DNA of 64,000 nucleotides, from sequence record NC_041936.1. One strand, written 5' to 3'. The translations under genes and the position numbers were made by a program. The notes below the pieces were generated by a model. It was not told the origin of the DNA. It made no database searches and saw only the letters and a list, made by a program, of their open reading frames with translations. Positions 25,810 through 34,884 of the stretch are shown here, piece after piece. This stretch comes from Escherichia phage ECD7. Each line of letters starts with the position of its first letter. Positions within the stretch are counted from its first letter, which is position 1.

Positions 25810-27298
25810 CGAATACCTCTTTTACTGTATTTGCAGTGGTCTTGTCGTAGCGAATACGTTTGATGATTGGGAGAAATAAAGAGAACTCCGGTTCATCTTC
25901 TTTACGTGATTTGCTGCGGATATACCCGTTGCATGTCATCTCAATGACTTTTCCAATCAGGTTATGACGGTCAGTCCATAACATTTCTCGGTCGAGTTCA
26001 TTTCGACGATCGAACGGAATTACACGTTCAGTACCATCATCACCTTTTTCGGTTGTAGTGTCGGTTAATCCCGATCCGGTGTTAGTCATCATTCGTCCGC
26101 ACGCACTACGGACAGTAAAACCGCCTACCTTATTGGGGTCTTTACTATGCGGATATACATCAACAATTTCCGCGTCGAAGTCAATCACTTCTTTAAATTT
26201 AACCTGATCTTTACTACGGCGATCTTCAAATACACCATGTAAATTTTTAAGGATAATACCTTCTAAGCCCATGTTTACATAGCGATGATATACTTCGCGA
26301 GCTTCATCGATATTGTTAACTACAGTGTTTTCGATTATCTGAACACGAGGATCGTTAAGTTCTTCAACAATCTGTTTTAGCTCTTCGAATCGATCTTTAT
26401 ATTGCTTCGTTGCTTTCTCGTTTCCGTAATACACATCACGGTCGATAACATCCCAGACAGTGTAAACAATACATTGGGCTTCTTCTTTTGGAATAGTTCC
26501 TTTCAGTGATTTGTTGAGGATACCATTTCCGGTCTGACGATCTGCAACAACGGATTCTTTCACCGCTTCCGCTACTGGCGTTAATGGCATTTCCTCTTCT
26601 TCAAATATCCATGACAGAGTACCATCATAAACGCTCTCAACGAAGTTCTGCGCTGGTGTTTGCGAAAGGGTAGGCATATATACCAATTCGCCATCTAGAA
26701 CAATTCCACGGCCTCGTAGACTCTCTAAAACCGCAAACAAATCATCAAGCCCTTGATAGGTATTACCTGAACGGGTATAGATTGCTAATGTTTCCCCGTC
26801 AATATCAGCCATACCACGAGCGCCATCGCTTTTAAGTTGTGCATACGCCGGATATTTGATATTGGCAATGGTCTTATCAGAACATGACGATGCAAGGTGG
26901 CACGGCTGCTGGGGGATCAGTTTCTTCCATACCTTGTTTGCAGTGGTAGCGGAACAACCGCATTCCAGGTCACGATTCAGGACCATCATTGCAACTTTAG
27001 CATCATCTTCTGACAAGCAAGTCAGAGTATCGGTAACTAGCTGTAATGCTGCATTACCAGTTACTTGACGTGTGGCAAGTTTATTTTTAAAGACTTGTAA
27101 TGCACCGGATAAAGACAATACAGACGAATAGCGCGATGGTTTATCGTATTTCTTTACGCCAAACGTAACCTGTTTGCAATATGCCAGATAAAAGCATTCT
27201 TTCAGTGTTTCATTGCTTGCAGATTCTTTCAGGATCTTTTCTTTCAGCGATGTTTTGTCTGTTGCTGCAAGCTGATTAATGATATTAAGAATTGACAT
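25802..27298 (-). CDS. 30: ATP-dependent DNA ligase gp30
   Basis: ..KYPAYAQLKSDGARG.. (adenylation motif I KxDG), LTGNAA.., DLECG.. match recalled T4 ligase; start moved from track GTG to ATG (MSILNI..). Confidence 0.9.
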   Translation of the reverse strand: MSILNIINQLAATDKTSLKEKILKESASNETLKECFYLAYCKQVTFGVKKYDKPSRYSSVLSLSGALQVFKNKLATRQVTGNAALQLVTDTLTCLSEDDAKVAMMVLNRDLECGCSATTANKVWKKLIPQQPCHLASSCSDKTIANIKYPAYAQLKSDGARGMADIDGETLAIYTRSGNTYQGLDDLFAVLESLRGRGIVLDGELVYMPTLSQTPAQNFVESVYDGTLSWIFEEEEMPLTPVAEAVKESVVADRQTGNGILNKSLKGTIPKEEAQCIVYTVWDVIDRDVYYGNEKATKQYKDRFEELKQIVEELNDPRVQIIENTVVNNIDEAREVYHRYVNMGLEGIILKNLHGVFEDRRSKDQVKFKEVIDFDAEIVDVYPHSKDPNKVGGFTVRSACGRMMTNTGSGLTDTTTEKGDDGTERVIPFDRRNELDREMLWTDRHNLIGKVIEMTCNGYIRSKSRKEDEPEFSLFLPIIKRIRYDKTTANTVKEVFDV

Positions 27299-27764
27299 TT
27301 TCACCTCGTTTTGTTAAACGTTCACGAATATCATTGAGGATACTACAAAATTCTGATTCGGTCAATATGGTCTTTAACGGATCAGTTCCACCTATACTAT
27401 GACGTAATTTCTTATTTCCGGTAGCGAGTAATGCTTTACAAAATTCTGGGTTATTCCGTGCCATCGTAACAAATGCCAGGTGCACCAGTCTGTAATAATG
27501 CTCACTCATTCGATGAATCGGGCGACCCTGAAAATATAGCATGTGATTCTCAATCTTTTCAGTCCTTCCGGTTCTTTTTGCCTTGCCACCGTGCATCAAA
27601 AAGATTTCTCTTTGCTTTTCTGGATTCTTGAATCTTAATCCCTGTAAAAATCCTTCTGTGCTGTTAATATCGCAACCAAATAGACGGAATGGTCTTTTAT
27701 TGAAGTTGCTCAATTCACCCGATGGATAAGGTCCACCCGCATAGATATCAATTTCAGAAGTCAT
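27285..27764 (-). CDS. NADAR (YbiA/DUF1768)-like protein
   Basis: pattern ..IYAGGPYPSGELSNF..STEGFLQGLRF..KALLATGNKKLRH resembles recalled E. coli YbiA/NADAR family; assignment by pattern only. Confidence 0.5.
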   Translation of the reverse strand: MTSEIDIYAGGPYPSGELSNFNKRPFRLFGCDINSTEGFLQGLRFKNPEKQREIFLMHGGKAKRTGRTEKIENHMLYFQGRPIHRMSEHYYRLVHLAFVTMARNNPEFCKALLATGNKKLRHSIGGTDPLKTILTESEFCSILNDIRERLTKRGENVNS

Positions 27765-27918
27765 TGAAACTAATCTCGCTAATCATAGAGAACGGATCAT
27801 AATCGTCATGAGGAATATCGATAGTAATCGAATGAGGATTTACCCATACACCAAACTGGTCTTCTTCGGTGAATACTTCGGTATGGATTTCTTGGATGTT
27901 TACATTCATAGTTTTCAT
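27754..27918 (-). CDS. hypothetical 54-aa acidic protein
   Basis: read by eye (MKTMNVNIQEIHTEVF...), stop overlaps start of NADAR-like gene; weak. Confidence 0.3.
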   Translation of the reverse strand: MKTMNVNIQEIHTEVFTEEDQFGVWVNPHSITIDIPHDDYDPFSMISEISFNDF

Positions 27919-28000
27919 AATAAAAATTCCTTAATAATCAATAACTTACAAAATCATATAGCCAAAATATAGCGGGATTATTACCCGCCGTTTAAAATCA

Positions 28001-28324
28001 TTAACCGTAAACTACCACAATATTCTGTTTGTGCGTTACAGTCCATTTCAGGTCGATCTCTTCTTCCTTCTTAACGCCGTTAATAACGTCTGGATGAGGA
28101 ACTTTATTAAGTTTCCCATGAGGAAGCAATACAGTCTTGCCCAGCAATTCTTTATCAACGTTATCACCGATATCAATAATCTTACCGACTAAAGGAATCT
28201 CTCCCATAGTTCGTTTTTGCTCGATGATAATACCAAAATCGCTCTTTACTTCGGTCCCTGCGCTTTCCGCTTTAGCTTCAATGATCACATAGTCACCAAG
28301 TGCTTTAGGAGTTTTAACGGTCAT
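28001..28324 (-). CDS. 31: co-chaperonin gp31 (GroES-like)
   Basis: 107 aa; ..LGDYVIIE..GIIIEQKR..GKIIDIG.. GroES/gp31-like pattern; position between ligase and cd. Confidence 0.7.
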   Translation of the reverse strand: MTVKTPKALGDYVIIEAKAESAGTEVKSDFGIIIEQKRTMGEIPLVGKIIDIGDNVDKELLGKTVLLPHGKLNKVPHPDVINGVKKEEEIDLKWTVTHKQNIVVVYG

Positions 28325-28360
28325 AATTTTCTTACCTCTTCAATTCATCTCAATAGTAAA

Positions 28361-28972
28361 TTATTTATATTTCGCGACCTTTGGATTTCGCCGCAGACCG
28401 GAATGTATTTGCGCTATACAACAATAAGAAACATTAAACATATCAGCTATAATTTGCTTCTTAACTTTTCCTTTAAGCCGCATTATTTCTTCGACTTGCG
28501 CATTTGTCAGTTTTGCCCGTGAGTGGTTTTCACCGACATTGTTATTGAGTCCAGTTCTAAATGAATGTCTCATATTTTCTAGTAAGGTTACTATTTCTAG
28601 ATTCCACACATAATTGCAGGTTTTTACACCATTGATGTGATTAACCTCAAGTCCGGTAACGTCTCCTAGAAATGCATTTGCTACAAGTCGATGTATCTTT
28701 TCGGCTTTAACTGAGATTTTACCATTGTCTTTTTGTTTTGACAATGTTGAATAATAATATCCATATCGGTCTAAAATTGGTTTTATTATTTTACCAGCCC
28801 GTTTTTGTTTTACGAGCTTAATATTACCGGGAGAAACTTCTCTATAAAATTCGATACTTCGGTCAATAGATCTCAATCTACCATAATTAGAGATTTCATA
28901 CCACGGATAACCTACAGCTTGTCTCCATTCTTCCGGCGCTGGTAATACGATATTATCATCTTTTGTTTCCAT
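28361..28972 (-). CDS. HNH homing endonuclease with NUMOD4-like N-terminus
   Basis: WYEISNYGRLRS (NUMOD4-like), EVNHINGVKTCN (HNH), GENHSRAKLT; start set to ATG two codons inside the track TTG start. Confidence 0.7.
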   Translation of the reverse strand: METKDDNIVLPAPEEWRQAVGYPWYEISNYGRLRSIDRSIEFYREVSPGNIKLVKQKRAGKIIKPILDRYGYYYSTLSKQKDNGKISVKAEKIHRLVANAFLGDVTGLEVNHINGVKTCNYVWNLEIVTLLENMRHSFRTGLNNNVGENHSRAKLTNAQVEEIMRLKGKVKKQIIADMFNVSYCCIAQIHSGLRRNPKVAKYK

Positions 28973-28974
28973 TG

Positions 28975-29301
28975 TCAACTGCCACCGTAAATTTCAACGA
29001 TCTGCGCTGGAGTCAGCCCGTCTACATTAATCAGACTATCAAGCCCAATACTACGGAAACCTTCAACTGCAATTTCATATACTGGCAAAGATGTTTCTGA
29101 TTCTTTACGCGGTTTTTCAACATTAGGAACTAACCACTTTTCGTATGTTTCGAAAGGCATCAGTGCCGGATCTCGCGTAGCGATCATATCTCGGACAGTA
29201 CCATCTTTCTTAGTAAACTGCAAAGAGTGAGTACCGACAGAAAACATTTTCTTTAGTGCTTCACGAAGTGCGATATTATCAATTTGTTCAGTCATTATCA
29301 A
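28975..29301 (-). CDS. hypothetical protein
   Basis: 108-aa ORF between HNH gene and cd. Confidence 0.5.
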   Translation of the reverse strand: MIMTEQIDNIALREALKKMFSVGTHSLQFTKKDGTVRDMIATRDPALMPFETYEKWLVPNVEKPRKESETSLPVYEIAVEGFRSIGLDSLINVDGLTPAQIVEIYGGS

Positions 29302-29794
29302 TACCCTTCAAATCAGTCAATAATGCTTTTGGAATACGCGTAACCGTAATGTCGGCTTTATCCAAAATATCAGCCCAATCACACCCACCATTTCGATCAT
29401 ATGTGTCGCAATAGTATAGATGTTTAATTCCACTGTTTGCAATTGCTTTAGCGCAATCTGGACACGGTGAAGCAGTACACCACATACTAGCGCCTTCAAT
29501 CGATACACCGCTACGGGCAGCAAACAAAATAGCATTTAATTCAGCATGGATCTCGTTTTTCTGTGACCATGCACTATGTTCTGGTCGTTTTTCTGGGATC
29601 ATTTTGCCGTCATCATCCAGCCAACCGCTTTTATGTGCATGACAGCTACAATTTACTTGCCCTGCTGGAGTGCCGTTAAATCCAGTAGAAATGATTCGCC
29701 CGTCTTTTTCGATCAGTGCGCCTACCTTCCACGAAACGCATTTAGAGTTCTTTGCGATTAGATAGGCGATCTGCATGTAAGTTTGTGACAACAT
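29288..29794 (-). CDS. cd: dCMP deaminase
   Basis: zinc-binding deaminase motifs HAELNAI and PCPDCAKAI; GALIEKDGRIISTGFNGTPAG matches recalled T4 Cd. Confidence 0.85.
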   Translation of the reverse strand: MLSQTYMQIAYLIAKNSKCVSWKVGALIEKDGRIISTGFNGTPAGQVNCSCHAHKSGWLDDDGKMIPEKRPEHSAWSQKNEIHAELNAILFAARSGVSIEGASMWCTASPCPDCAKAIANSGIKHLYYCDTYDRNGGCDWADILDKADITVTRIPKALLTDLKGIDND

Positions 29795-29815
29795 AATATA
29801 ATCCTCACATATTAA

Positions 29816-30019
29816 TTAACCGTATACGCGAAAGTATTCTACCGATCCGTCACTATACTGTTTTACATTGAATGTATTCACACCATGATCATTGCTCATA
29901 ATGACATATACACTGCGACGCTCATCACCAAACGGGTTAACTGGTGCGGGTTCAATTTCAACATTAAAACCACGTTTAGCAAGTGCTTCGCCTAATTGCT
30001 TGAGTTTATCGGTAAACAT
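29816..30019 (-). CDS. hypothetical small protein
   Basis: 67-aa ORF, ATGA-type junction with pseT. Confidence 0.5.
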   Translation of the reverse strand: MFTDKLKQLGEALAKRGFNVEIEPAPVNPFGDERRSVYVIMSNDHGVNTFNVKQYSDGSVEYFRVYG

Positions 30020-30897
30020 TAAAAGTCTCCGTAGTTAACCTGAAAACATTCTACACCAATTGAGCGGTACATGTCAACCACTTGATCACGGTCATCTACT
30101 GCCAAAACAACATGATAACGCGGTGCAATTTCAGAGAAGAAAATCTCTTTCTTTACTTCATGATCAGGACGACGATCATTAGTTTCACGTTGAAAGTGAT
30201 CACTAGGTTCGATACCTTGTTCACGCAACCATTGCAGAGTATCTTCTTCGCAAACATCCTCACGTCCTGAGCATGTAATGATACGATAACCATTATCACG
30301 ATACAGTTTAAGCATTTCGATCACTTGCGGACGCGGTTTATCTTCTTTGACCTTTGTCCAGTCAAACGGATGACGACCGCCCTTATCCGCTAATGTCCCA
30401 TCAATATCAAAGATCACTGCCTTTGGCAGCATGGTATTCGGTTTGTATACTTCTTGACCCATATATTCCTGCATCAGATAAAATTGGTTACGCAAATGAG
30501 ATAGCGGAATTGCTTTCTCTCCGCGATAGAAATTACGTTTCTTTAGTGTCTCAAATGATTCATTGAACACTTGCTCAGTATACACCGCGTTAAATTCTTT
30601 TGCAAGTTCTTTATAGAATACACGATGTTTTTCTTTCAGGTTAGTATCAGAGATAATGATACTTAATCCGCGTGATAGAGTCTCGCGAGCAATCATTCTC
30701 TGAATAGACTCTACCAGCTTTTCTTTTTCCTTAGTATACTTGTATTTCAAAAGTGAGTCAACACCAAACAACATAAGACGAAGATCATCACGATTCACAT
30801 TACGATAATTACTAAACCGTTTACATGTTTCCATAGCCCATGTAGTTTTACCGGACCCAGAACAACCAACGGTTAAAATCACTTCACATTTCGGCAT
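30019..30897 (-). CDS. pseT: polynucleotide 5-prime kinase / 3-prime phosphatase
   Basis: P-loop GCSGSGKTTW; HAD phosphatase motif AVIFDIDGTLA; C-terminus ..IGVECFQVNYGDF matches T4 Pnk; start set to ATG (MPKCEV..) with AAGGAG SD. Confidence 0.85.
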   Translation of the reverse strand: MPKCEVILTVGCSGSGKTTWAMETCKRFSNYRNVNRDDLRLMLFGVDSLLKYKYTKEKEKLVESIQRMIARETLSRGLSIIISDTNLKEKHRVFYKELAKEFNAVYTEQVFNESFETLKKRNFYRGEKAIPLSHLRNQFYLMQEYMGQEVYKPNTMLPKAVIFDIDGTLADKGGRHPFDWTKVKEDKPRPQVIEMLKLYRDNGYRIITCSGREDVCEEDTLQWLREQGIEPSDHFQRETNDRRPDHEVKKEIFFSEIAPRYHVVLAVDDRDQVVDMYRSIGVECFQVNYGDF

Positions 30898-31349
30898 TAT
30901 TTCTCCTTCGGTTTGCACCGTTCCTCATTAAGTTCTTTGCGATAATAACACATGATCAACTTACTTTCAAGTGTATATCTCTTAATATCCGCAAGCCAGA
31001 CTCTGAATTTTTGGGAGTCCTCCCACGACATAGAAACTCTAGGTTTACCGTCTATTGTATCCACTTTCAGGTCAATGTCAACTTTTTCTATTGGTGCTGG
31101 TAGTGGAGGATGTAATTTCGGTTCCTGTGAATAATGGTCCATTGTACACGAAGAAAGAGCAAATACAATAGGTACAGCGAAGACATGGATTATGGCGGTC
31201 TGAAAATTCTTATGTGCTTTCTTAAACATCCAGTGTATCACGAAAATTGAAAACACCATCAGGATAATAATGCTTGCACCTATCCCCAGATAATCAACCA
31301 GATTAAAATTGCTTATCTGCTCTTGCGTAGGCAATATTTCTATGCTCAT
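30897..31349 (-). CDS. hypothetical membrane protein
   Basis: 150 aa with two hydrophobic helices; TAATG overlap with pseT. Confidence 0.55.
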   Translation of the reverse strand: MSIEILPTQEQISNFNLVDYLGIGASIIILMVFSIFVIHWMFKKAHKNFQTAIIHVFAVPIVFALSSCTMDHYSQEPKLHPPLPAPIEKVDIDLKVDTIDGKPRVSMSWEDSQKFRVWLADIKRYTLESKLIMCYYRKELNEERCKPKEK

Positions 31350-31669
31350 TTAGTAGCCTCCTTTAATTCTTCGGTAAACTCCTTAAATGAATCATTAAGC
31401 TGTTTCTCTACCAACTTGGGTTTTTGTGCTACTACATAGCCTCGTGTAGCGTCTTTCATTGCTTTGTTTTGTTCTTCTGCAAACTTAGTTCTTATTCCGT
31501 ACATCTCCTTTTGTAGTGAGTCTACAACCTTCATCTTTTCATCTGTCTTTTTCTTATACTCTGTAAATTCCTGATTCAGTCGATCTACCTCCTTTTTATT
31601 TTCCCACCACATATTGCCACCTACCCCCAGCAACACAGATATGATAACAATGTATATCAGCTTTGACAT
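31346..31669 (-). CDS. hypothetical membrane-anchored coiled-coil protein
   Basis: start set to ATG MSKLIYIVIISVLL (N-terminal TM), charged coiled-coil tail. Confidence 0.5.
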   Translation of the reverse strand: MSKLIYIVIISVLLGVGGNMWWENKKEVDRLNQEFTEYKKKTDEKMKVVDSLQKEMYGIRTKFAEEQNKAMKDATRGYVVAQKPKLVEKQLNDSFKEFTEELKEATK

Positions 31670-31713
31670 ATTACCCCCAACGACAAAAGGCGGGGAACTA
31701 GCCCCGCTTATTA

Positions 31714-32883
31714 TTACCAATCAATCTTATCAGCCGGAATCAGTTTCTTATAATTCCGTAGATAGTAAGTTTTCATTGAAGCCAGAATACGGTCATAATC
31801 AAGACCATCAAATGCAATCATCAGACACATGAAAATATATGATTGTGCATCACCATGTTTACGTGATTCGATAGTCGCATTGGATGCATATGTCTTTCTG
31901 TCTTCTCCCGCGTGTGCGTTATAAAATTCTGTTGCTGTCGTAAAGGCATTGCGAAGAATGGACCTGAATGCTTCCTCGAATAGCTCGATTCGTTCCAGTG
32001 CTTCCGGTTCGCCTTCATATGCAGCACGCAAATCATCGGTTTCGCTTTCTACGACATAGTAGATCAGGTTATTAGGAAACATCGATGTGTTTTTAATGTT
32101 ATGCACACCAATATACCATTCACTCTTCACCTTGAACATTTGACCGTCTTTAGTGCGTGCAACAATTCCTTCGATACCTTCTGCGGTCCGAACTTCATCA
32201 AGAATATTGCTAAAACGCGCTGAATCAACCTGTAACGCATTTACCAGATGAGGACGTAGGATTGCGTCAGAAAATAGCATTTGATGCGGTACGTACTCTC
32301 CTGTGACGTTATGGCGTACATTCAGAAGTGTTAGCGACGGTTCAGAATATTCTACAACAATTCGGTTGCTGGGTGCTGTATATTCAAAGTTGAAAGTATA
32401 ATCAGATCCAATATCGGCGATCTTAGCGCGTAGATCCGCATACTTCTCTGAATACAGAAGACCGTTTGCTCTCTCTGCCTGGCTTGAGTACAAGGCCGCT
32501 TTAGACTTCAACTGAACATAGCCGTTATCAATGTATGTGCTTACTAGACTACCGTCCATTTTGTCCATGACCATTTCCACATCTTCCGGCTTAAAGCGAG
32601 CGCGATCATTCTCACCTAAATTAAAAAACTTCTCCATAGGACGAGATGCAATGCGGACAGGTCGGTCTTTATCATCGATTTCAAACATGATCCCGCGACA
32701 CTCTAACGCATCTGGTTTATTCCACATTTCCGGTTTGCTCAAGTACAGATAACTAAAAATGCGCATACGGGTTTGCATCGCCGTAATTTCATCTTTGTAA
32801 TAGAACGTATCAGATCCGTCACATAGTGTCATCAGATTTTTGAACAATGCTAAAACTTTTTTGTTGTTTTCTTTTGTTGACAT
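31714..32883 (-). CDS. rnlA: RNA ligase 1
   Basis: ..PDALECRGIMFE..RPVRIASRPMEKFFNL..DKMDGSLVSTY.. matches recalled T4 Rnl1 including the nucleotidyltransferase lysine motif. Confidence 0.85.
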   Translation of the reverse strand: MSTKENNKKVLALFKNLMTLCDGSDTFYYKDEITAMQTRMRIFSYLYLSKPEMWNKPDALECRGIMFEIDDKDRPVRIASRPMEKFFNLGENDRARFKPEDVEMVMDKMDGSLVSTYIDNGYVQLKSKAALYSSQAERANGLLYSEKYADLRAKIADIGSDYTFNFEYTAPSNRIVVEYSEPSLTLLNVRHNVTGEYVPHQMLFSDAILRPHLVNALQVDSARFSNILDEVRTAEGIEGIVARTKDGQMFKVKSEWYIGVHNIKNTSMFPNNLIYYVVESETDDLRAAYEGEPEALERIELFEEAFRSILRNAFTTATEFYNAHAGEDRKTYASNATIESRKHGDAQSYIFMCLMIAFDGLDYDRILASMKTYYLRNYKKLIPADKIDW

Positions 32884-33280
32884 AATTTGTGTTCCACTCT
32901 GGTTTAAATTTGGTGATCAAAACAGGTTCTTCGATATCGGCAGTGCTTATAATATCCTTACCTGTTGGATTTTCTATGTACAACTCAAAGCACTGGCGGT
33001 AATAGAATGTTACTGTCTTCCCTTCCTCTAGCGCCTTATGAATATTCTTACTCTTGCGAGTATCCGCCGTTGGTGTCTGTCTGTTAATGCTAGTCCGGTA
33101 ATAATTGATCCGCTTTCTGAGATTAACAGTCTGACCAATGTATACCAGTTCATCATCAACCGCAATAGCGTAAAGAACATTTAAACGGTTCTTCTGAGGC
33201 GGTAGAATCACATCACCATCTTTACACTCTAAACATGAATATTTAACGAATCCATAGTTTTCTATTAGCTCATTAATCAT
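32819..33280 (-). CDS. denA: endonuclease II (GIY-YIG)
   Basis: ..NVLYAIAVDDELVYIGQTVNLRKRINYYRT.. GIY-YIG motif; matches recalled T4 DenA; follows rnlA as in T4. Confidence 0.75.
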   Translation of the reverse strand: MINELIENYGFVKYSCLECKDGDVILPPQKNRLNVLYAIAVDDELVYIGQTVNLRKRINYYRTSINRQTPTADTRKSKNIHKALEEGKTVTFYYRQCFELYIENPTGKDIISTADIEEPVLITKFKPEWNTNYVNKRKQQKSFSIVQKSDDTM

Positions 33281-33300
33281 TATCCTTTCCTCACGTCACA

Positions 33301-33324
33301 ACAAAGGCGGGATTTCTCCCGCCC
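33301..33324 (-). terminator. rho-independent terminator
   Basis: GGCGGGAGAAATCCCGCC hairpin then TTTGTTGT on minus strand. Confidence 0.5.
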
Positions 33325-33330
33325 ACCTTA

Positions 33331-33729
33331 TTAACTTTCCAGAATATCGCGAGCTTCGTTACGCTCCTTGATGATTTTCAGGACAAATTCCAGTTTTTCT
33401 TTGTTCAGTGTTCCGTTTTCCATTGCTTCTTTGACGGTAAACACTCCGCCACCTTGCCCGTATACAGTGACAGTGATTTCACCTAACATCGTGGTATGAA
33501 AACCGCCAATTTTCGGTGATTCGAACGAAACAATCACCTCGCGGACAGTATTACCGTCGTTGATTTCTGAGAGGGTAATGTCGTTTTTGTAGGCGGTTGC
33601 CTTAACCATACGGATCAGCATAGTCTGATCTGGGGAGATGGTCATTTTGTCCATTGCATGTTGCAATGCAGCGTAACCGAAAACTTTAACGAAGTCCAGA
33701 ACGTCTTTGCGAGTTTGAAATTTAATCAT
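33331..33729 (-). CDS. hypothetical early protein
   Basis: 132 aa, promoter cassette upstream, terminator downstream. Confidence 0.55.
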   Translation of the reverse strand: MIKFQTRKDVLDFVKVFGYAALQHAMDKMTISPDQTMLIRMVKATAYKNDITLSEINDGNTVREVIVSFESPKIGGFHTTMLGEITVTVYGQGGGVFTVKEAMENGTLNKEKLEFVLKIIKERNEARDILES

Positions 33730-33799
33730 CTTGATACTCCTTAGTAAGTTAGTTTCGTTTCGATGGGGGTATATTACTACCCCCGTTCCATGCTGTCAA
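33730..33799 (-). promoter_or_regulatory. early promoter cassette (PeSL-like) 11
   Basis: TTGACA, spacer, GGGGGTAGTAATATACCCCC inverted repeat overlapping -10, leader CATCGAAACGAAAC. Confidence 0.5.
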
Positions 33800-34018
33800 C
33801 TACTTTTTAATGACAAGTTCGAATTTTGCTACCTTGCGTCCTCGTTTATTGAAAGCAACCCACGGACGGGTTTCAATGTAGAACAATTCTTCACCAATAA
33901 TGAATACTGGCTGATTGTAAAGGCGACCCATCAGGTCACGCTGGCGAATGGTAGTAGATTCGTATACTTCGCCTACTACAAAGTGTTTGCTGATAGAGTC
34001 GGTGCAGATAAATTTCAT
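33800..34018 (-). CDS. hypothetical small early protein
   Basis: 72 aa, promoter cassette upstream. Confidence 0.5.
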   Translation of the reverse strand: MKFICTDSISKHFVVGEVYESTTIRQRDLMGRLYNQPVFIIGEELFYIETRPWVAFNKRGRKVAKFELVIKK

Positions 34019-34080
34019 TTTGATTCTCCTTTGTTTCGTTTCGATGGGAGTATCTTACTACCCCCGTTATTCAGTGTCAA
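34019..34080 (-). promoter_or_regulatory. early promoter cassette (PeSL-like) 12
   Basis: TTGACA, GGGGGTAGTAAGATACTCCC, leader CATCGAAACGAAAC, GGAGAATCAAAATG. Confidence 0.5.
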
Positions 34081-34088
34081 CTACTTTT

Positions 34089-34307
34089 TTACTTGTTGTA
34101 TTCATTCCACCATTGGGTGAGCTTATCAATTATTTTTGTGTTTCTATCCAACTTATCCCACCGTTTTCGAGGGTTTATCAACCGGAATAGGTAAGGTGTA
34201 CTTGTTAAGTGGACTCGGTCAATATAGTGATTGATGTACTGTTTTTCGATTCTAAGTTTCATCTTTTTACGATGAAAATATGCAATAACTTGTTCTTCTG
34301 TTTCCAT
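34089..34307 (-). CDS. hypothetical small early protein
   Basis: 72 aa, promoter cassette upstream. Confidence 0.5.
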   Translation of the reverse strand: METEEQVIAYFHRKKMKLRIEKQYINHYIDRVHLTSTPYLFRLINPRKRWDKLDRNTKIIDKLTQWWNEYNK

Positions 34308-34360
34308 ATGTTCCTCCGTTTCGATGTGCGTATTATGCTATGGCAAGATCCGATTGTCAA
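34308..34360 (-). promoter_or_regulatory. early promoter cassette 13
   Basis: TTGACA, 17 bp, CATAAT, leader ..CATCGAAACGGAGGAACATATG. Confidence 0.5.
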
Positions 34361-34370
34361 CGCCCAATAA

Positions 34371-34396
34371 CAAAAAAGTCGCCACTATGGGCGACT
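34371..34396 (-). terminator. rho-independent terminator
   Basis: AGTCGCCCATAGTGGCGACT hairpin then TTTTTTGTTATT on minus strand. Confidence 0.6.
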
Positions 34397-34407
34397 TTGA
34401 ACAAACA

Positions 34408-34884
34408 TTAATCATGACCGTGATTGGCAATGTCCGCGCGTGTCTTATCTTTGTGATTTCCTACGTCAAAGACACGATAGCCGTTTTCTCTAAGAACTTT
34501 AATCACTTCTGGGTTATCCTCAAAGACTCCGACAACTTCATCTTTATCAAAGGATTTAATTACCTCTAATTTGATGTGATAGTCTTTACGGGAATCATTG
34601 CGACCTCTCATAAAGATTTTATCGAAACACACATCATTAGCGATCAGCCATTCCACCGTTTCTATGTAAGCATGTGAACTTCGTCCGGTGAGGATGTAAA
34701 TCAAATGCCCGTTGTCGGAAAGAGCATTAATAACACGGATTACATCGTAAATGGGGGAATCTCCCCCACATGCCTTGTTATATTCGATCCATGACTCGAC
34801 TTTATCAAGATTTTCGGTTGGCATCTTTGCTAGTCGATGTGTTGGATCTGTGATCGTAAAATCTAAATCGACAAAATATATCAT
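34408..34884 (-). CDS. HAD-superfamily phosphatase-like protein
   Basis: DxDxT motif (IYFVDLDFTITD) and ..YILTGRS.. resemble HAD motifs I and II. Confidence 0.55.
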   Translation of the reverse strand: MIYFVDLDFTITDPTHRLAKMPTENLDKVESWIEYNKACGGDSPIYDVIRVINALSDNGHLIYILTGRSSHAYIETVEWLIANDVCFDKIFMRGRNDSRKDYHIKLEVIKSFDKDEVVGVFEDNPEVIKVLRENGYRVFDVGNHKDKTRADIANHGHD

